Positions 1 through 9,931 of a DNA stretch of 64,000 nt are shown in pieces. The notes beneath the pieces are model-generated. The model saw only the letters and a program-made list of their open reading frames with translations. It was not told the DNA's origin and did not search any database. This DNA comes from an uncultured Candidatus Actinomarina sp. (lineage in GTDB: Bacteria; Actinomycetota; Acidimicrobiia; Actinomarinales; Actinomarinaceae). Location of the stretch: contig CACFIX010000001.1 of NCBI GenBank assembly GCA_902566515.1, positions 32,220 through 96,219 of the forward strand. Direction: 5' to 3'. The translations under genes were made by a program, and so were the position numbers. Positions within the stretch are counted from its first letter, which is position 1. Every line of letters begins with the position of its first letter.

Positions 1-1
1 T

Positions 2-2221
2 GCTAAAGCATTTAATCCGACTCTAAATGTCAGTGCCATGTCAGATGAGCAATTTAAACAACTTTATAATCAAGCTAACAGCCAAATGCCTCCTGAGTTT
101 AAAGCTTTTGCAGCTGCACTTTTATCATCAACTTACAATGAAGATGAGACCACTGCATCAGCTGGCTTAGCAATTGTTACTATAGATAGTTCGATGATTG
201 TTGAAGAGTTTGGTGGTTCAGATGGAGTATTTATTGAACAACCTCGTATGGAAATAGCTCTTTTTGAAGCATTAGCAGAAATTTCAATAGGAGATATTAA
301 AGTCTCTGGTTTTTCTTTTGGGCTTTTACTTGGTAATGAAGGCGATGATTTTCTACAGGAAATTGGTATACTTTTTGGCCAAGCATTCATCATTATTCTT
401 GTTGTTCTAGCATATATATTTTTCATTAGACCAAGGAAAGGTTTTGGTATTCTCAAATCTGGAAGGAGAACATTTAGCGATTTACTTTTAAGCTTAGGTG
501 CAATACTTCTCTCAATAGGCTGGATGCAAGGCGCAGGAACAATACTCGGACCTGGCTATTTAGACATAATTGGAGCACCAAATCAGGTATCTCAAATTGC
601 TCCAATTATTTTGATTGGTCTTGGTGTTGATTATGCTATTCACTTTACTTCAAGATATAGGGAAGAGATTGGTTCAGGTAACTCAATAACTGGATCAACT
701 TCATCAACACTTAAATCTGTTGGTATTGCACTAACACTTGCAACGCTTGCAACAATAGTTGGTTTTCTAACAAACATAGTTTCCCCACTACCTGAATTAA
801 AAGACTTTGGAATATTAGTTTCTACAGGAATATTCTTTGCCTTTTTTCTTGTAATGACTTTTGTACCTGCAATAAGAACTTTATTAGATAAAAGAGCTGA
901 AACAAAAGGAAATATTAGTACCGAGGCTTTTTCATCATCTGGAGAAAGTGTATTAAACAAAATTGCTGCATCTAGTGGAATTATACCTAAGAGACTTAAG
1001 TTGGTAGCTTTAGCGTTGTTAGTAGCTATTTCTGGCTATGGTTATTTCAGTTTTACCAACTTAGAAACAATTTTTGAATTTACAGATTTTCTTCCTGAGG
1101 ATGATCCAGTTGTGCAAACTCTTGATTTATTAACTGAGGAATTTGGTGGTGGATTTGGAGAAACTACTGCAGTCTTAATTGAAGGAGAAAATTTAGCAAC
1201 TCCAGAAATACATAATGCACTTATTGAATCAATTAACAATCTGAGCGATAAGGAAAATATTGTAGTTTATGCTGGAAACGTTGCAGCTGAATCTGTTATT
1301 GGTACAGTCGGACAGTTATTAGCTCCACAAGGAGCAGCTCCTGGAGCACCACCAGCTATGCCAGACATGGAGCTTTTAGGAACACTCGGGTCTTTTGGTG
1401 TTGATTTAATGTCTGGATCTCAAGGTATAGATGCATTGAGAGTTAAAGACTCTGGCGATGTACAAGGACTTTATGAGTATCTTGTAAGTACTGACCCAGA
1501 AGCATTCTTAGCAAGCCTTTATTTTAATGAAGAAAGTACTGTAACTGCGCAACAAGTAAGAATTACAACTTCTGCAGGTTCTTTAGGTGCTGCCCAATTA
1601 AGAGATGATATATATGATGCATTTACGCCATTATCTTCTCTTGGTGTTTCAATTGCGGCTACTAACGATGCAATTGTTACTCAAAGTGTGAGCGATTTAA
1701 TTTCTGAATCACAATTTCAATCACTTATATTTGCAATTTTAGCTTCAATGACTTTCTTAATCCTTTATTACTTGATTGACATTAGAAGACCATTTCTTGG
1801 TGTCATTACAATTCTTCCAGTTGTTGCAATTGTGATGGGTACATATTTAGGTATGTATTTTCTTGATATTCCACTTAATCCTGTTACTTCAACATTGTCA
1901 GGATTAGCTATCGGTATTGGGGTACCTTTTGTAATTCATGTAACTAATAGGTTCAGAGAAACTCTCTTGGTAGCTCCTAATCCAGTTGAGGCAGTTAAAA
2001 CAACTTTAAAGACAACTGGTGGTTCACTGTTTGGCTCAGCATTTACGACTATGGCAGGCTTTGGTATTTTGATGACTTCATCACTAAAACCATTTCAACA
2101 AATGGGACAAGTTGTTGTTGTTGCTTTGGGTTTTGCATTGGTTGCATCAATTCTAATCTTGCCTACATTACTTGTATTTTGGGCAAATTACCACAATAAA
2201 AAAACTGCTAAATCTTTATAA
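2..2221 (+). CDS. MMPL/RND-superfamily membrane transporter (5' end probably outside window)
   Basis: Reading frame open to window edge (no in-frame stop before the first ATG at 38); two hydrophobic multi-TM bundles separated by large soluble domains, the layout typical of MmpL-like transporters. Confidence 0.55.
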   Translation, partial: AKAFNPTLNVSAMSDEQFKQLYNQANSQMPPEFKAFAAALLSSTYNEDETTASAGLAIVTIDSSMIVEEFGGSDGVFIEQPRMEIALFEALAEISIGDIKVSGFSFGLLLGNEGDDFLQEIGILFGQAFIIILVVLAYIFFIRPRKGFGILKSGRRTFSDLLLSLGAILLSIGWMQGAGTILGPGYLDIIGAPNQVSQIAPIILIGLGVDYAIHFTSRYREEIGSGNSITGSTSSTLKSVGIALTLATLATIVGFLTNIVSPLPELKDFGILVSTGIFFAFFLVMTFVPAIRTLLDKRAETKGNISTEAFSSSGESVLNKIAASSGIIPKRLKLVALALLVAISGYGYFSFTNLETIFEFTDFLPEDDPVVQTLDLLTEEFGGGFGETTAVLIEGENLATPEIHNALIESINNLSDKENIVVYAGNVAAESVIGTVGQLLAPQGAAPGAPPAMPDMELLGTLGSFGVDLMSGSQGIDALRVKDSGDVQGLYEYLVSTDPEAFLASLYFNEESTVTAQQVRITTSAGSLGAAQLRDDIYDAFTPLSSLGVSIAATNDAIVTQSVSDLISESQFQSLIFAILASMTFLILYYLIDIRRPFLGVITILPVVAIVMGTYLGMYFLDIPLNPVTSTLSGLAIGIGVPFVIHVTNRFRETLLVAPNPVEAVKTTLKTTGGSLFGSAFTTMAGFGILMTSSLKPFQQMGQVVVVALGFALVASILILPTLLVFWANYHNKKTAKSL

Positions 2222-2243
2222 ATTTATTATTACTATTAATTAA

Positions 2244-3014
2244 GTGAATGTTGGTAAATTACTAGAAACTGTAAATTCATTAGTTCCTCTTAATTATGCT
2301 TTTGATGATGATTTTGTAGGGTTAACTGTTGGTTCAGAAGATTCAGAAGTAAAAGGAGTAGCTGTTGCTCATGAATTAGAAAACTCTATTTTAGATTATT
2401 CAACTAACAACAACATCAACACTTTAATTACCTACCACCCACCTCCACTTAAAAAAATTTTAAAAGATGATGGCACTGATATTTTTGAAGATGACCTGTT
2501 AACAGCGAAATGTAGAGAGTCAGGATTAAATATTATTACCATCCATACTGCACAAGACGTTTGTAATGGTGGAAATGCAGACTCATTAGTTGATTTATTC
2601 GGTATTACAGACACTAAAGTTTTTGCTCATACTGTTGGAAAATTTGGAGCTGGCCGTTATGGAAATATAACTAAAACATCAAACAGTAAACTTAAAGCAA
2701 TTGTTGAATCGAAACTTAATACAAAAATTTTAAGAACAAACGAATATTTCCAGGAAATTAAGGAGATAAATACAATCGCAATCTTACCTGGATCAGGTAC
2801 CCAATTTATAGAAGAAATTATATCTAAAGTCGATGTTTTCATTACTGGTGATATTTCTCACAGATATCTATTAAAAGGCGACGAAACACATTTAGGATTA
2901 ATTCAAGTTAATCACTTATCAACTGAAATTCCGGGAATGACAAGATTCGTTAACAATTTAAGTAATCAGTTAGGAACACAGCTCGAGTATTTTTATAATA
3001 AGTATTATGAATGA
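2244..3014 (+). CDS. Nif3-family dinuclear metal centre protein (GTP cyclohydrolase 1 type 2 homologue)
   Basis: N-terminus ...LNYAFDDDFVGLTVGS... and C-terminal ...ILPGSGTQFIEE...FITGDISH... resemble Nif3/YqfO; GTG start; followed by COG1579 and RNase H as in actinobacteria. Confidence 0.7.
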   Translation: MNVGKLLETVNSLVPLNYAFDDDFVGLTVGSEDSEVKGVAVAHELENSILDYSTNNNINTLITYHPPPLKKILKDDGTDIFEDDLLTAKCRESGLNIITIHTAQDVCNGGNADSLVDLFGITDTKVFAHTVGKFGAGRYGNITKTSNSKLKAIVESKLNTKILRTNEYFQEIKEINTIAILPGSGTQFIEEIISKVDVFITGDISHRYLLKGDETHLGLIQVNHLSTEIPGMTRFVNNLSNQLGTQLEYFYNKYYE

Positions 3015-3714
3015 ACCTTTTTTGTTGAGTAATTTGATTGATTTACAAAATTTAGATAACGAAATATTTAAATTAATTGCAGAAAAGTCCAAAGGAGATA
3101 GTGTAAATATATTAAAAAATTTAGAAAAAAAATATAATGAAAGCACTTCGCTTTTAAACAAAAAGAAAGAAGACCTTACCAGTTATTTTGAAGAAAAAAA
3201 GAGAATTGAAAAGCAAATATTAGAAAACGAAAACAAATTAAAAAATATTTTAGAAAAACTTCAAAATCCTAAACTTGATGCTGGGGAACTGCAAAATTTT
3301 AATTTACAAAAGTCAAATGTTGAAAAAAATGTGAATGATTTAAGTCAATCACTTGAAAAACTAGATGAATTAAATTCGGAGGATCTGATAGATTATTCAA
3401 AAATAGAAGAATCATTGGAGGAATTAAAACCCGAATTAATTGAATATTCTAAAAAAATACAATCTGAATGGAAAGATTTAGATGTGAAAATAAACGACCT
3501 CGAAATTAGCAAATCAAAATTACTCAATTCTTTTCCAGAAGATATTGTAAAACTTTACGATCAATTAAAGCATAATGGTGTAGAGATAATTGCTGCATAT
3601 AAAAATGAGGATCAGTGTGGTTGTTGCGGAGTTAGTTTAACATCAAGTGAGTTAGATAAAATCGTTGATTCTAAATATAATCAGTGCCCATATTGTCAGG
3701 GTGTGGTTATTTAA
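3007..3714 (+). CDS. Coiled-coil protein with C-terminal C4 zinc ribbon (COG1579-like)
   Basis: Long K/E-rich coiled coil then CGCCGVSL...CPYCQG; conserved partner of Nif3 and RNase H. Confidence 0.55.
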   Translation: MNEPFLLSNLIDLQNLDNEIFKLIAEKSKGDSVNILKNLEKKYNESTSLLNKKKEDLTSYFEEKKRIEKQILENENKLKNILEKLQNPKLDAGELQNFNLQKSNVEKNVNDLSQSLEKLDELNSEDLIDYSKIEESLEELKPELIEYSKKIQSEWKDLDVKINDLEISKSKLLNSFPEDIVKLYDQLKHNGVEIIAAYKNEDQCGCCGVSLTSSELDKIVDSKYNQCPYCQGVVI

Positions 3715-4106
3715 TGTATGAAATATATTGTGATGGAGCTTCTCGCTCTAATCCTGGTGATGCTTCTATTGGAGTATCTATTAACAAAGATAAAGTGGAA
3801 ATTGATACTATTAAAAAAAAGATTGGAATTAACACTAATAATGTAGCTGAGTATTTAGGATTAATTGCTGCCTTAGAGTATTGTGTTGAAAACAAAGTAA
3901 ATAATGTAAGAATATTTTTAGATTCCTTATTAGTGGTTCAGCAAGTAAACATGGAATATAAAGTTAAATCAAAAAAATTACAAACTCACTATGAAAAAAG
4001 CCTTAAGTTAATAGATCAAATTGAAGATATTGAAATTCATCATATTAGAAGAGAATTCAACTCAAGAGCAGATCAGCTAGCAAATGAAGCCTTAGACGAA
4101 ATATGA
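3714..4106 (+). CDS. rnhA: Ribonuclease HI
   Basis: MYEIYCDGASRSNPGDASIG matches the RNase H DGxxxGNPG motif; start taken at the ATG overlapping the upstream stop (TAATG); the track ORF begins 30 nt earlier. Confidence 0.7.
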   Translation: MYEIYCDGASRSNPGDASIGVSINKDKVEIDTIKKKIGINTNNVAEYLGLIAALEYCVENKVNNVRIFLDSLLVVQQVNMEYKVKSKKLQTHYEKSLKLIDQIEDIEIHHIRREFNSRADQLANEALDEI

Positions 4107-4567
4107 TAATCTGGACATCAAGTATTTCTATATTTCTTTTTCGTTATATCTTTAAGGATTATGCAGCCGATTTAAGATTTATAATCATAGGAAGTTTATA
4201 TCCCTTGATACTTGATTCATTAAGTTATAACTTTGGAATTTCTAATAAAACTAAATTTTTAGGCCATAGCTTACTGTTTAATGTTTCTTTGTTTTTCTTA
4301 ATAATGATTATTACTAAACGTGGTTCAAAAATTAGAAGTAACGCTTTATTGTTTTCAATTGGTGCCTTTTTATACTTAGTTCTTAGTTTTACATGGACAA
4401 ATCAGAGTATTTTCTTATATCCTTTTTTTGAAAATGAACAAAATTTTATCGTTTTGTCATCACAGATTGAAATAGTTTTAAATTTAATAGGCATCTTATA
4501 TTTAATTATTAAATTTAAAAATTTTGGAAATTTGAAATTGTTTTTAAAAAATGGAAAATTACTTTGA
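4103..4567 (+). CDS. Hypothetical integral membrane protein
   Basis: ORF with four or more hydrophobic segments; no recognisable motif. Confidence 0.3.
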   Translation: MIIWTSSISIFLFRYIFKDYAADLRFIIIGSLYPLILDSLSYNFGISNKTKFLGHSLLFNVSLFFLIMIITKRGSKIRSNALLFSIGAFLYLVLSFTWTNQSIFLYPFFENEQNFIVLSSQIEIVLNLIGILYLIIKFKNFGNLKLFLKNGKLL

Positions 4568-5299
4568 TGTAAAAAACATATTTATTGAAACAAAAATTAA
4601 GAATATACCAAAACTAATATTTAAGATACTTTCAGAAATATTAAAAACAACATTACCACCAATTACAGACCCAGTGACACCAAAAATTCCAACATAAAGA
4701 CCGTTTTTAAAAGAATCTTTATTTTTACGGATTTTTGTAATAGTAGCTGTTAATGCTGTAGGAACTGTAGTAATTAAAGAAATACCTTGAGCAATAATTT
4801 GTTCAAAACCTCCAAGTAGGATTAACATTGGAATTCTTATTATCCCTCCGCCTATTCCAAGCAATCCCGATCCAATTCCAGATACAAATCCAACTAAAAA
4901 ATAAAGAAATAAGTTGTTTTCATATATTGCATTAACTGATGTTGAGAAAATCATTCTGTAAGCTGTTGCAATAAGTAATAAAGAAAAAATTCTTACTAAA
5001 ACTTTTGTATTTATTCTAGGAGTTAACTTACTCCCTAAATATCCACCAACAATCCCACCAGAAATTATCACAAGGGTTGCAAGTATAAGATTTGAACCTT
5101 TATTAAAGTCATTAAAAATGTAAGTTAAACTGCTCGCTGAAGCAACAAAGACGACCGCAAGTGAAGAAATTCCTGTATTAGTTTTAAAATCTATTTTTGT
5201 TAGATATGTCAATAGTGGGACAAAAATTACACCTCCACCTACTCCAAGAAGACCAGACAACATGCCTCCGGTAAAACCAATTATTAAATAAGTTAACAA
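4559..5299 (-). CDS. TSUP family (TauE/SafE) anion exporter
   Basis: Two repeats of the GGGxxxVPxL-like motif (GGGVIFVPLL; GGGIIRIPML), about 8 TM segments. Confidence 0.7.
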   Translation of the reverse strand: MLTYLIIGFTGGMLSGLLGVGGGVIFVPLLTYLTKIDFKTNTGISSLAVVFVASASSLTYIFNDFNKGSNLILATLVIISGGIVGGYLGSKLTPRINTKVLVRIFSLLLIATAYRMIFSTSVNAIYENNLFLYFLVGFVSGIGSGLLGIGGGIIRIPMLILLGGFEQIIAQGISLITTVPTALTATITKIRKNKDSFKNGLYVGIFGVTGSVIGGNVVFNISESILNISFGIFLIFVSINMFFTSK

Positions 5300-5300
5300 T

Positions 5301-6281
5301 TTATTTACGCAGTTTGGGTAAAAGTTCTTTACCTAATAACCTTATTGTTTCTTCTTGGTTTATTGAAGAGATTTGAATTGTTACAATCTCTGAGTCGAAT
5401 TCATTAACTAACGGCTTATAAATTTCATACAGTTCATCTATCGTTGAAGCTTTTGAAAATTTACCCATGATTTCTTCTTTAGGAAAACTATCTGCTTCAA
5501 GCCTCAAAGCTTCTGGATCTAGTTGTTGAAGCCTGCTGGGTGCACGTAAACCTCTCCATGATCTTAATGCAGTCCACGCATCATCATCATTCTCTGCAAA
5601 CATTGTCCATCTATATGTATGAACTGATAGGTTGTCTTTTTTTAACTCTGATGTTTTTTCTTTAGCCGGATCTATAACTTTTTCATAAGAATCCTTAGGA
5701 TCTTTGACGCTAATCATAAGCCCATCCGCATATTCAGCAGCCACTTGAGCTGATTTAGGACCGCCGGCAGCTAACCATATCGGTATATGTTTTAATGGTG
5801 GAGAGTATAACTTTGCTTTTTCAGTTTTATAATATTCTCCATTGAAAGAAAGTTTTTCACCATTGAGAAGTCTTCTAATAATTGTTAACGATTCAATTAG
5901 TCTGTTTTTTCTTTCTTCGTATTTAGGAAAGTCATATCCAAGAGGGCCCTCATTTATATTTTCTCCAGTGCCAACTCCTAAATGAAAAGTTGAAGACGAT
6001 AGTCTATCAACAGTTGCCGCTGCCTGCGCTACTACTCCAGGATGCATTCTCCAAAGTGGAGTTGTAACACCTGTACCAAGGTCTAAATCAGGAATTTTGT
6101 TAGCAAGAGCACCTAAAGTTGACCATGTAAAATTTGATGCAGAATAATCATCAACCCATGGGTGAAAATGCTCTGAAATTGTTAACATTTCAAATCCTGC
6201 TTCTTTAGCTATTTCAGCATGTTTAATTAAATCTTCTGGTTGCCATTGTTCTGATCCTAAGAAGTATGAAAATTTTGTCAT
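5301..6281 (-). CDS. LLM-class (luciferase-like) F420-dependent oxidoreductase, Fgd-like
   Basis: TISEHFHPW..., ...GTGV..P..R.HP...AQ..AT.D.LS..R..LGVGTGE resemble F420-dependent glucose-6-phosphate dehydrogenase/LLM proteins. Confidence 0.55.
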   Translation of the reverse strand: MTKFSYFLGSEQWQPEDLIKHAEIAKEAGFEMLTISEHFHPWVDDYSASNFTWSTLGALANKIPDLDLGTGVTTPLWRMHPGVVAQAAATVDRLSSSTFHLGVGTGENINEGPLGYDFPKYEERKNRLIESLTIIRRLLNGEKLSFNGEYYKTEKAKLYSPPLKHIPIWLAAGGPKSAQVAAEYADGLMISVKDPKDSYEKVIDPAKEKTSELKKDNLSVHTYRWTMFAENDDDAWTALRSWRGLRAPSRLQQLDPEALRLEADSFPKEEIMGKFSKASTIDELYEIYKPLVNEFDSEIVTIQISSINQEETIRLLGKELLPKLRK

Positions 6282-6339
6282 GAAACAATAATAGTTTGAT
6301 ATTTTTTTTAGGTGGGTGCCTCATAAAGAGGCACCCGAG

Positions 6340-6678
6340 TTTTGTGAAACTATAAGCCGGATTCTGTATACGCAATGCGCATGATAATCATCCATCTTGT
6401 ATATTTGTTACCAAATATATCTAGCTACTTACCCGCAATTATTAACCGAGCAGATTAATTGCTTCTTAGTATTGCTCCTAGAGGGGTTTGCAAGCTAGTT
6501 TAATTACTTAAACTACTGGTGGTCTCTTACACCACCTTTTCACCCTTACTTGCGTTAACAAGCGGTATATTTTCTGTTGCACTTTCCGTCAATTACTTGC
6601 CTGGGAGTTACCCAGCTCTATGCTCTACGGAGTCCGGACTTTCCTCGATAAATCGCGATTATCCATCTCACACTTCTT
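6340..6678 (-). ncRNA. rnpB: RNase P RNA, bacterial type A
   Basis: Minus strand contains GAGGAAAGUCCGGACUC (P4/CR-I), GGGUGAAAAGGUGGUGUAAGAGACCACCAG (P10-12 region), ACAGAAUCCGGCUUAUAGUUUCAC (CR-V plus 3' P1 strand). The region is GC-rich in an AT-rich genome; boundaries approximate. Confidence 0.8.
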
Positions 6679-6694
6679 ATTTTAATTGCATATA

Positions 6695-7198
6695 TCATTC
6701 ATTTGAATAAGAATTTATTATTTCTTCTAAATCACTCAAAGAAAGAGGACCAATATATTTTTTTACTATTTTATTATTTAAAATTATATGCGTTTCAGGA
6801 ACACCAAAAACCCCTGAATAGATAGCCAGCTTGCTTTCAGTATCGATTGCGTAAATTATATCTCCTCTTCCGTATTCATTAAGAAAATCTATTGAGTTCT
6901 CAATAGAATCTTGGAAAGATACAAGTATAACTTTATCAGTCAAGCCTCTTGTCTTTGATAATTCAATTAAGTATTGATGTTCTTCAATACATTCAAGGCA
7001 CCATGATGCCCAATAATTAATTATCACATAGCTTGATGTATCAATTATTAAACTTTCATTTGTTTCAAGTGTTATAAGATTGTTAAAAATACTTTGATCA
7101 ATTTCAATCTTCGAATCTTCAGTATCTACGGAGCATGAGATAATTAAAAAAAGTAATAAAACAAATCTAACTTTCATAAATTTCCAAAATCTCTTCAA
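6695..7198 (-). CDS. ccmG: Thioredoxin-fold thiol:disulfide oxidoreductase (CcmG/TlpA/ResA-like)
   Basis: N-terminal signal/TM segment then WASWCLEC (CxxC) in a thioredoxin-like fold; last gene of the ccm string. Confidence 0.6.
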   Translation of the reverse strand: MKRFWKFMKVRFVLLLFLIISCSVDTEDSKIEIDQSIFNNLITLETNESLIIDTSSYVIINYWASWCLECIEEHQYLIELSKTRGLTDKVILVSFQDSIENSIDFLNEYGRGDIIYAIDTESKLAIYSGVFGVPETHIILNNKIVKKYIGPLSLSDLEEIINSYSNE

Positions 7199-7703
7199 TA
7201 ATTGACATATCTTCTTCCGACAATGAAGGATTATTACGTAATGAGTTCAAAATAAGTATTCCCTCATCTCTTGTATCTGTTTGTTGAATTAAAATTATTC
7301 CTTTATAAGTTTCAGCTAATAATGACTTTGGGGATATTCTTAGTGCTTCATTTATATAATTTAAAGATGTATTTATATCTCCAGACTCATATACCATCCA
7401 ACCAATTTGAGATAATGACAGACTTTTTAAATCTATGTCATTAGAATTTTCAGCAACATACATGAAGTGAGGTAAGGCACTCGAATAATCAAACGCTTCA
7501 AAATACCTATTAGCTAGTGCTATTCTCATAGGCATTATGTCGGGATTCAGTTCAATTACTTTTTCCATTTCTTGATTTGAAACTTCATCCAAGTTTGTAG
7601 ATCGATTTGATGAATTCTCAGTATTGTTTTGTAGATTAACAAATAGAAAAATTGGAAATAAAATAATAAAAATTGATGAATAAAACCATTTATTTTTTAA
7701 CAT
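7167..7703 (-). CDS. TPR-repeat protein, CcmI/CycH-like
   Basis: N-terminal TM segment then TPR-like helical repeats; position between ccmH and ccmG. Confidence 0.4.
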   Translation of the reverse strand: MLKNKWFYSSIFIILFPIFLFVNLQNNTENSSNRSTNLDEVSNQEMEKVIELNPDIMPMRIALANRYFEAFDYSSALPHFMYVAENSNDIDLKSLSLSQIGWMVYESGDINTSLNYINEALRISPKSLLAETYKGIILIQQTDTRDEGILILNSLRNNPSLSEEDMSIIEEILEIYES

Positions 7704-8049
7704 ATAATTTCCTCAAAAAAATGTACATGAATATCAAAACTAAAAATAATGGAATCAAAACAATTTCATAATTTCTTTCAATAGGATTTGTAATTATTTT
7801 CTCACCATATCTAGTGACCCAAAACTTATAAATATCATTATCTGTCATATTGTTGTTTATTTGTTCTTGAAGAATAGTTCTCATGTCGTCTGCATATTCA
7901 GAAGGAGAATCATAAATAGTCTCACCTTGACATACAGGGCATAATAAGGACTTACTCCATTCATCAAATCTTGATTCATCATCTGGAAGAAATAATGGAA
8001 CTAATAACAAAATAGATATTAGAGCAAATGTTAAGTACTTTTTATACAC
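7690..8049 (-). CDS. ccmH: Cytochrome c-type biogenesis protein CcmH
   Basis: LLCPVCQGETIYDSPSEYADDMR...WVTRYGEKI closely resembles CcmH LRCPxCQ...ERYG; C-terminal TM helix. Confidence 0.75.
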   Translation of the reverse strand: MYKKYLTFALISILLLVPLFLPDDESRFDEWSKSLLCPVCQGETIYDSPSEYADDMRTILQEQINNNMTDNDIYKFWVTRYGEKIITNPIERNYEIVLIPLFLVLIFMYIFLRKLYVKK

Positions 8050-9931
8050 GTTTTTTTAACCTTGGAATAAATGAAATCGAGGATATAAATAAACCAATCC
8101 ACATAATTAAAATACCGTAGTTGTTCCTAACTATTAATTTATAACTATCTTCATCTATAAATTTTACAGTTATATAGATATCGTTAACCAATGATCTAAA
8201 TACAGCAGGAGAACTAATAGCTTGTTGTGAAGAATTTCTAAATATATTTAGAGAAGTATATTTTGTAGTAATCTCATTTGATATTGGGAGTTTGATAATT
8301 GTTTTTTCTGGTTTATTTTCTTCTATAGAGTCATATACGAAAAAAGATGTGTTATTAAATTCAAATTCTTGAAAAGAATTGATTTCCTTTTCAGTTGAGT
8401 AGCTTTGTGTTACATTTAAAATAATACCAAGTGCGAAGACAGCTATACCCAAATGAGCTATTTGTCCTGTCCAGTATGTTTTATTAGTGTTTGTAATTCT
8501 TATTCTTTTAACCATATTTTTAATTGTTAAAAGAATAAGAATTACAGATGCAGCAACGGTAACTACTAAAAAATAGCTATTGTTCAAATTTATTAAGAAA
8601 AATATAGCTATTACTAGTGATAAATTTAGTAAATTAGAGTTTTCAGTAAACCAAGAATTTAAATTTATATTTTTTACTGTAAGCTTTATAGAGAAAATCA
8701 TTAGGCCTAGTAAAACTAATAACATTGGGCCGACGAGTATATCGTAATAAGCTCTACCAATAGTAATTTGTCTGTCATAGATGGTTTCATAAAATAATGG
8801 GAATATTGTTCCAATAAATATTACTAAAGCTGAAGAAAACAAGATGATATTATTCAAAACAAAAAAACCTGACTTTCCAAACCAATTAGTAATTTTTTTA
8901 GAATCAGAAAAGTATTCAATATTCTTTGAACCAATAAATATAAATATCAAACTAAAAATCGTAAGACCAAATAATAGATAAGTACCGATATTTCCATTTG
9001 AAAAAGCATGAACTGATATTAAAACACCAGATCTTGTAACAAATGTTCCAAAAATTGTAGAAAGAAACATTAGTCCAACGAGTATGTAGTTCCAATTTAA
9101 TAATGTATTGCTAGATTTTTGAATTTTTGACGAGTGTAAAAATGCAGTTGCAAGCAGCCATGGGATAAATGATACGTTCTCAACAGGATCCCAAGCCCAG
9201 TAACCGCCCCAACCTAGAACTTCATATGACCATGCTGCGCCCAAAGTTATACCAATTGTTAAGAATAACCAAGGAACATAGGTTGTTCTTTCAGCTACCT
9301 CAATCCAGTCATCTGATTGGTCTCTTTTGAACAATCGACTAGTAGCGGCAACAAAAGGAAGCGTCATACCTACATAACCTATATAAAGCATTGGAGGGTG
9401 AATGGCCATCAAGGGGTGATTTTGTAATAAAGGATTTGGTCCTCTTCCTAAATCACTCATAAGGGTATTTTGAAATGGAATTAAGGTTGATTTGTTGCAA
9501 CCAACTATTGCTAATTCAATACATCCCGCAAAAGGAGAGGAACTGAAAACTGTATAACCAACAAAAAATATAGTTATAAATGAAAATATTTTTATGTCTA
9601 GGTTTGAATTTTCAATTTTATAGTACTTTAGATAAAAAAACATAAATATGCTCAAACACAAATTCCACAATAAAATTGAACCATCAAGAGAACCCCACAA
9701 GGATGCAAACTTATAAAGCGGGGGAGTAGAAACTGCTGAGTAATTGGCAATATAGGACACAGAAAAGTCATTTAAGAACAAGCCTATTTCCAATAAGCAA
9801 AATAAGAAAATTTGTAAAAATAGATTTATTCGAACAAGCAAATGAACTCTATATTTGCTTTCAGTAAAAAACAGATATATTAAAACCGAAAAGCTTAACC
9901 AACTAATTAAAATACCAAGATTGTATATCAT
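8042..9931 (-). CDS. ccmF: Cytochrome c-type biogenesis protein CcmF (haem lyase subunit)
   Basis: 629 aa polytopic protein with WWD-domain signature WGGYWAWDPVENVSFIPWL. Confidence 0.85.
   Translation of the reverse strand: MIYNLGILISWLSFSVLIYLFFTESKYRVHLLVRINLFLQIFLFCLLEIGLFLNDFSVSYIANYSAVSTPPLYKFASLWGSLDGSILLWNLCLSIFMFFYLKYYKIENSNLDIKIFSFITIFFVGYTVFSSSPFAGCIELAIVGCNKSTLIPFQNTLMSDLGRGPNPLLQNHPLMAIHPPMLYIGYVGMTLPFVAATSRLFKRDQSDDWIEVAERTTYVPWLFLTIGITLGAAWSYEVLGWGGYWAWDPVENVSFIPWLLATAFLHSSKIQKSSNTLLNWNYILVGLMFLSTIFGTFVTRSGVLISVHAFSNGNIGTYLLFGLTIFSLIFIFIGSKNIEYFSDSKKITNWFGKSGFFVLNNIILFSSALVIFIGTIFPLFYETIYDRQITIGRAYYDILVGPMLLVLLGLMIFSIKLTVKNINLNSWFTENSNLLNLSLVIAIFFLINLNNSYFLVVTVAASVILILLTIKNMVKRIRITNTNKTYWTGQIAHLGIAVFALGIILNVTQSYSTEKEINSFQEFEFNNTSFFVYDSIEENKPEKTIIKLPISNEITTKYTSLNIFRNSSQQAISSPAVFRSLVNDIYITVKFIDEDSYKLIVRNNYGILIMWIGLFISSISFIPRLKKRV

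Noticed and set aside
6519-6710. 63-aa plus-strand ORF
   Set aside because: Lies inside the RNase P RNA gene on the opposite strand; translation has no motif
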